Below are positions 59,912-64,000 of a DNA stretch of 64,000 nucleotides, in pieces. Position 1 is the stretch's first letter. Every line of letters begins with the position of its first letter. The position numbers and the translations under genes are program-made. Origin of the DNA: Azolla caroliniana (taxonomy: Eukaryota; Plantae; Polypodiophyta); contig JBHGNT010000022.1 of NCBI GenBank assembly GCA_043228905.1, forward strand, positions 4,340,001-4,404,000. Reading direction: 5' to 3'. The notes beneath the pieces were generated by a model. That model saw only the letters and a program-made list of their open reading frames with translations, made no database searches and was not told the DNA's origin.

Positions 59912-62900
59912 CTTAGTGTAAAAAGAAATGTTGTCATTCTTGTAGGCGCAAGATTAGAGCGCAATAGTGTAGAGAGAGAGAGAGAGAGAGAAACGAAGAG
60001 GTCGTTGCCCTTGTTGTAACCGCCGCCTGTGGCGAAGATCGTGAGCACAAGGTCGTTGCCTCCATGAGCTCACTGTTGTAATTATTGTTACATAGTGATA
60101 GTTTGCAGTCTGTGGGCTGCCGTGGTTTTTTCCCTAGTTTGGGTTTTCCACGTTAACATCCTGTGTACTCTTCTCTTCATTGTGTCGTGCATTCATTCCC
60201 GTTTTTCTGTGTTTGATTCTAAGCTTGGTTTTGGCCAAGCGTTGTTCATCAGGAGTGCGTAGTTCTTGTCAAACTGGTATCAGAGCGAAACGACACAGAA
60301 AATGGATGATTCGTTGGGAGGCATGTTCAAGCTCACCGGCTCCAACTATTCCGTGTGGAAGTCGAAGATGAGGGACATGCTCGTGGTCAAAGATCTTTGG
60401 TTTCCGGTTCAGTTCGGGGACAAGTGACCGGACAAAATCCACGCCACGATATGGAAGGTGATGCACATGAAGACAACGGCGTACATACGGTGCTTCATCG
60501 ACATGAGCCTATACAACAACTTCAATGAAGAGAGCAAGGCTCATGAGCTCTGGGAGAAGATTGGCATTATGTTTCAGAACAAAAATGCTGTTAACTAGGT
60601 TTCGGTATTCCGGAAGCTAGTAAGACTCCGGTACCAAGATGGCTCCAGCATGGCGGAGCACATGAATGCCTTCCAGGGGCTGATACACCAGGAAACATCA
60701 TTGGAAGTACCTCTCGCCGATGAGGTACTAGCGCTACTCCTGCTCGGTTCCCTCGTGGATAGCTGAGAGACGTTGGTTGTCACTTTGGGCAGCATCGGGC
60801 CGGAAGGGAAACGGTTATCCCTAGCAAGAGTGAAGTCGAGCTTGTTAGATGAGGAGGCGCGTTGAAAAGATAAGGATACAATCTCCGACTCGAAAGCGCT
60901 CCTTACTGAATCGAAACGTGGAAGACAAAGGAACCATCGCCCCTAGAACCGGGAAAAGTCGGGGACACAGTCAAAGTCAAGGGGGAGGCCTACTTGCTTC
61001 TATTGCGGCAAGCCGGCACACTTCCAGAAGAACTGTCGACATTTCCAAAAAGACAAGGAAACCGACGGTATCGATTCGAAGCGGACACCGGACCGGAACG
61101 GTAAAGACGGAGGGTGCTGGACCGGAAGGGAACGACGGCAATCACAGCAAGTGAAGAAGAGTTGATGCTCATCCCCGAGGAGAGTGAGCTAAACCTTGCC
61201 GGCGACGAGATGACCTGGGTGGTTGCCTCCGAAGCGTCGTTCCACCTTACCCCGGACTGGAAATATTCCGGTGATCACGGCTGTGTCCGGATGGGGAATG
61301 AAGGTACATGCCGAATTGTCAGCATAGGAGACGTGTGGTTGACAACACCAACCGGATGCAAGCTACTACTGAAGGATGTTTGACACGTTCCGGAGGTTCG
61401 TCTGAACCTGATATCAACCGGTCGGCTAGATGATGAAGGCTACACAGGTAGCATCCGGAACGGTGTTATGAAGTTCAGCAAACGGAGCCTGATTGTGGCT
61501 CGGGCCCGGAAGGTCAACACGTTGTACCTTATGAATGCCCGGTTATGTTCGGAGGAAGTGAACATGGCATCCGACACTGCCGGTGAGCTATGGCACAAGA
61601 GGCTGTGTCACATGGGTGAGAAGGGGATGAAGAGGCTTGCAGAAGACAACCTCATTCCAGTGAGGAACGTGCACTTGGAGAAGTGCACTGATTGTCTGTC
61701 TAGTAAACAAAACCGGACCTCCTTCCGATCGAGGCCACCGATGAGACGTAATGCACCACTGGAGTTGGTGCATACTGATGTATGTCAAGTGGACACGAAG
61801 TCACATGCCGGATCGCAGTACTTCGTGACATTCATAGATGACCACAACCGGAAGTTGTGGGCCACACCGTTGAAGAAGAAGGATCAGGTGTTATCCGTCT
61901 TCAAAGAGCTCCACGCGAGAGTGGAAAGAGAAACCGGCCGGAAGTTGAAGGCGGTTCGAGCAGATAACGGAGGTGAATACCGGGGGCAGTTTGAGGAGTA
62001 TTGTCGCTCAAAGGGAATCCGGCTCGAATTTACCGTGCCAAAGACGCCGGAACTAAACAAGTTGGCCGAGAGGATGAACCGGACCATAATGAAGAGGGTC
62101 TGGAGTATGTTGGCGCATGCAAAACTACCCAAGATGTTTTGGGCTGAGGCATTGTCGACGGCAACATATGTGATAAACAGATCGCCCTCAGTACCCTTGG
62201 ACGGAGACACGGCACAAAGAGTTTGGACCGGTAAGGAAGTGTCCTACCGGCATCTGAAGGTATTCGGGTGTCTTGCGTATGTGCATGTAGCTAAGGACCG
62301 GATAGGAAAACTAGATTAGAAGACCCGACCATGCATATTCCTCGGTTACGGCAACGATAAGTTCGGCTACCGAGTGTGGGACCTGGTCGACAAGAAGGTA
62401 TTCCGGAGTCGAGATATTATCTTCATGGAGGACAAGACGCTCGCCGACTGGGAGTCAGAGAAGAAGATGATGAACAGATCACCCTCAATACCCTTGGACG
62501 GAGACACGGCACAAAGAGTCTGGACCGGTAAGGAAGTGTCCTACCGGCATCTGAAGGTATTCGGGTGTCTTGCGTATGTGCATGTAGCTAAGGACCGGAG
62601 AGGAAAACTAGATCCGAAGACCCGACCATGCATATTCCTCAGTTATGGTGATAATGAGTTCGGCTACCGAGTGTGGGACCTGGTCGACAAGAAGGTATTC
62701 CGGAGTCGAGATATTATCTTCATGGAGGACAAGACGCTCGCCGACTGGGAGTCGGAGAAGAAGATAATGAACTCCGAGTCGACCGGTAAGGATCGATTCT
62801 ATGATGAGCAGACCCAACCGGCAAGAGACTGGTTAGCACTCAAGGAACCAGCCGGTTACGGTGAGGATACCGAACCGGCAGAAGAAGAAGTAGAGGAAGC

Positions 62901-64000
62901 TGAAACTGGAACCGGCCAAGACCCTGAATCGGATTCGGATGAAGAGCAAATGGAGGAGCCAGTTACCGAAGCCCAAAGACGGAGATATCCTTTCAGAGAG
63001 AGAAGGGCCCCCCGGAGATTTCCAGATGCAGAGCATGTGCTGCTAACCGATGAGGGGGAGCCAGAAAGCTTCGAAGAAGCGAAGGATGACACCCACAACC
63101 GCAAATGGTTAAGTGCCATGCAAGATGAGATGGATTCCCTACATGGGAACCATACGTACGAATTGGTGGAGTTGCCGAAAGGAAAGCGGGCACTCCGCAA
63201 CAAGTGGGTGTACAAGTTGAAACCGAGAGATGCCGGCAACCCCCCGAGATATAAAGCCAGGATCGTGGTGAAGGGGTTCTAGCAGAAGAAGGGCGTGGAC
63301 TTCGACGAGATATTTGCCCCGGTAGTAAAGATGACCTCCATCCGGATGGTGCTGAGTATAGCGGCAAGCATGGACCTCGAGGTAGAGTAGTTGGACGTGA
63401 AGACGACATTCCTTCACGGTGACCTCGAAGAGGAGATCTACATGCAACAATCGGAAGGATTCGTGGAGAAAGGGAAGGAGCAACTAGTTTGTCGGTTGAA
63501 GAAGAGCCTGTACGGACTGAAGCAGGCTCCCCGACAATGGTACCGGAAGTTCGACTCCTTCATGACTGATCAAGGGTACCACAAGACGCAAGTCGATCAC
63601 TATGTGTTTGTGAAGAAGTTCGAAGGAGGTGACTTCCTGATACTCCTTCTCTACGTGGACGACATGTTGATCGTCGGACGGGACCAAGCCAAAATACGGA
63701 TGCTAAAGAAGGCTCTCAACCGGACCTTCTGAATGAAAGACTTGGGTCCGGCAAGACAAATGTTGGGGATACATATCATCCGGAACCGGCCAACGAAGCA
63801 ATTGTGGCTATCACAGGAGAAGTACGTGACAAAGGTGCTTCAGCGGTTCAACATGTCAGATGCGAAACCGGTTGGATCGACACTTCCGGCAAACTGCAGA
63901 TTATCCGGTAAGCAAAACCAGAAGATGAAAGCAGAGAAGGCTGATATGATGCCGTTGGGAGCTTAATGTACGCAATGGTGTGTACCCAACTGGATATAGG
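59912..64000 (+). mobile_element. Copia element B4: partial 5' LTR 59912-60271, PBS 60275-60286, decayed gag-pol from 60302
   Basis: TGGTATCAGAGC PBS; gag, CCHC, INT (LWHKRLCH, HTDVC) and RT (YVDD) homologous to B1 and B2; runs off the window. Confidence 0.92.
62176..62769 (+). repeat. 297-bp in-frame tandem duplication in B4 integrase
   Basis: NRSPS.PLDGDTAQRVWTGKEVSYRH...LADWESEKK occurs twice with offset 297. Confidence 0.92.

Overview
This is eukaryotic, transposon-saturated plant DNA. The element mix suggests a non-seed land plant such as a fern (inference). No intact host gene is visible. Most of the window is nested LTR retrotransposons, and 5-bp target-site duplications (TSDs) resolve one five-level nest: copia B1 > copia B2 > copia A2 > solo LTR C > gypsy G1. 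Also present are a young chromovirus (G2), further copia copies and solo LTRs, a LINE 3' fragment, and a decayed Sola2-like DNA transposon. That transposon has introns filled with palindromic repeats and a convergent RING-finger gene. The standout signal is in two diverged Athila/Phygy/Selgy-like gypsy elements (G1, G3), which have no polypurine tract (PPT) next to the 3' LTR. Instead, each has a sense copy of a tRNA-Arg-like 3' half ending in CCA exactly 2 nt before the LTR, split by a short covarying hairpin. This suggests plus-strand priming by a second tRNA or a tRNA mimic. Both elements also encode a homologous extra coiled-coil ORF. All calls are by eye. tRNA identities come from recalled plant tRNA sequences and need checking.
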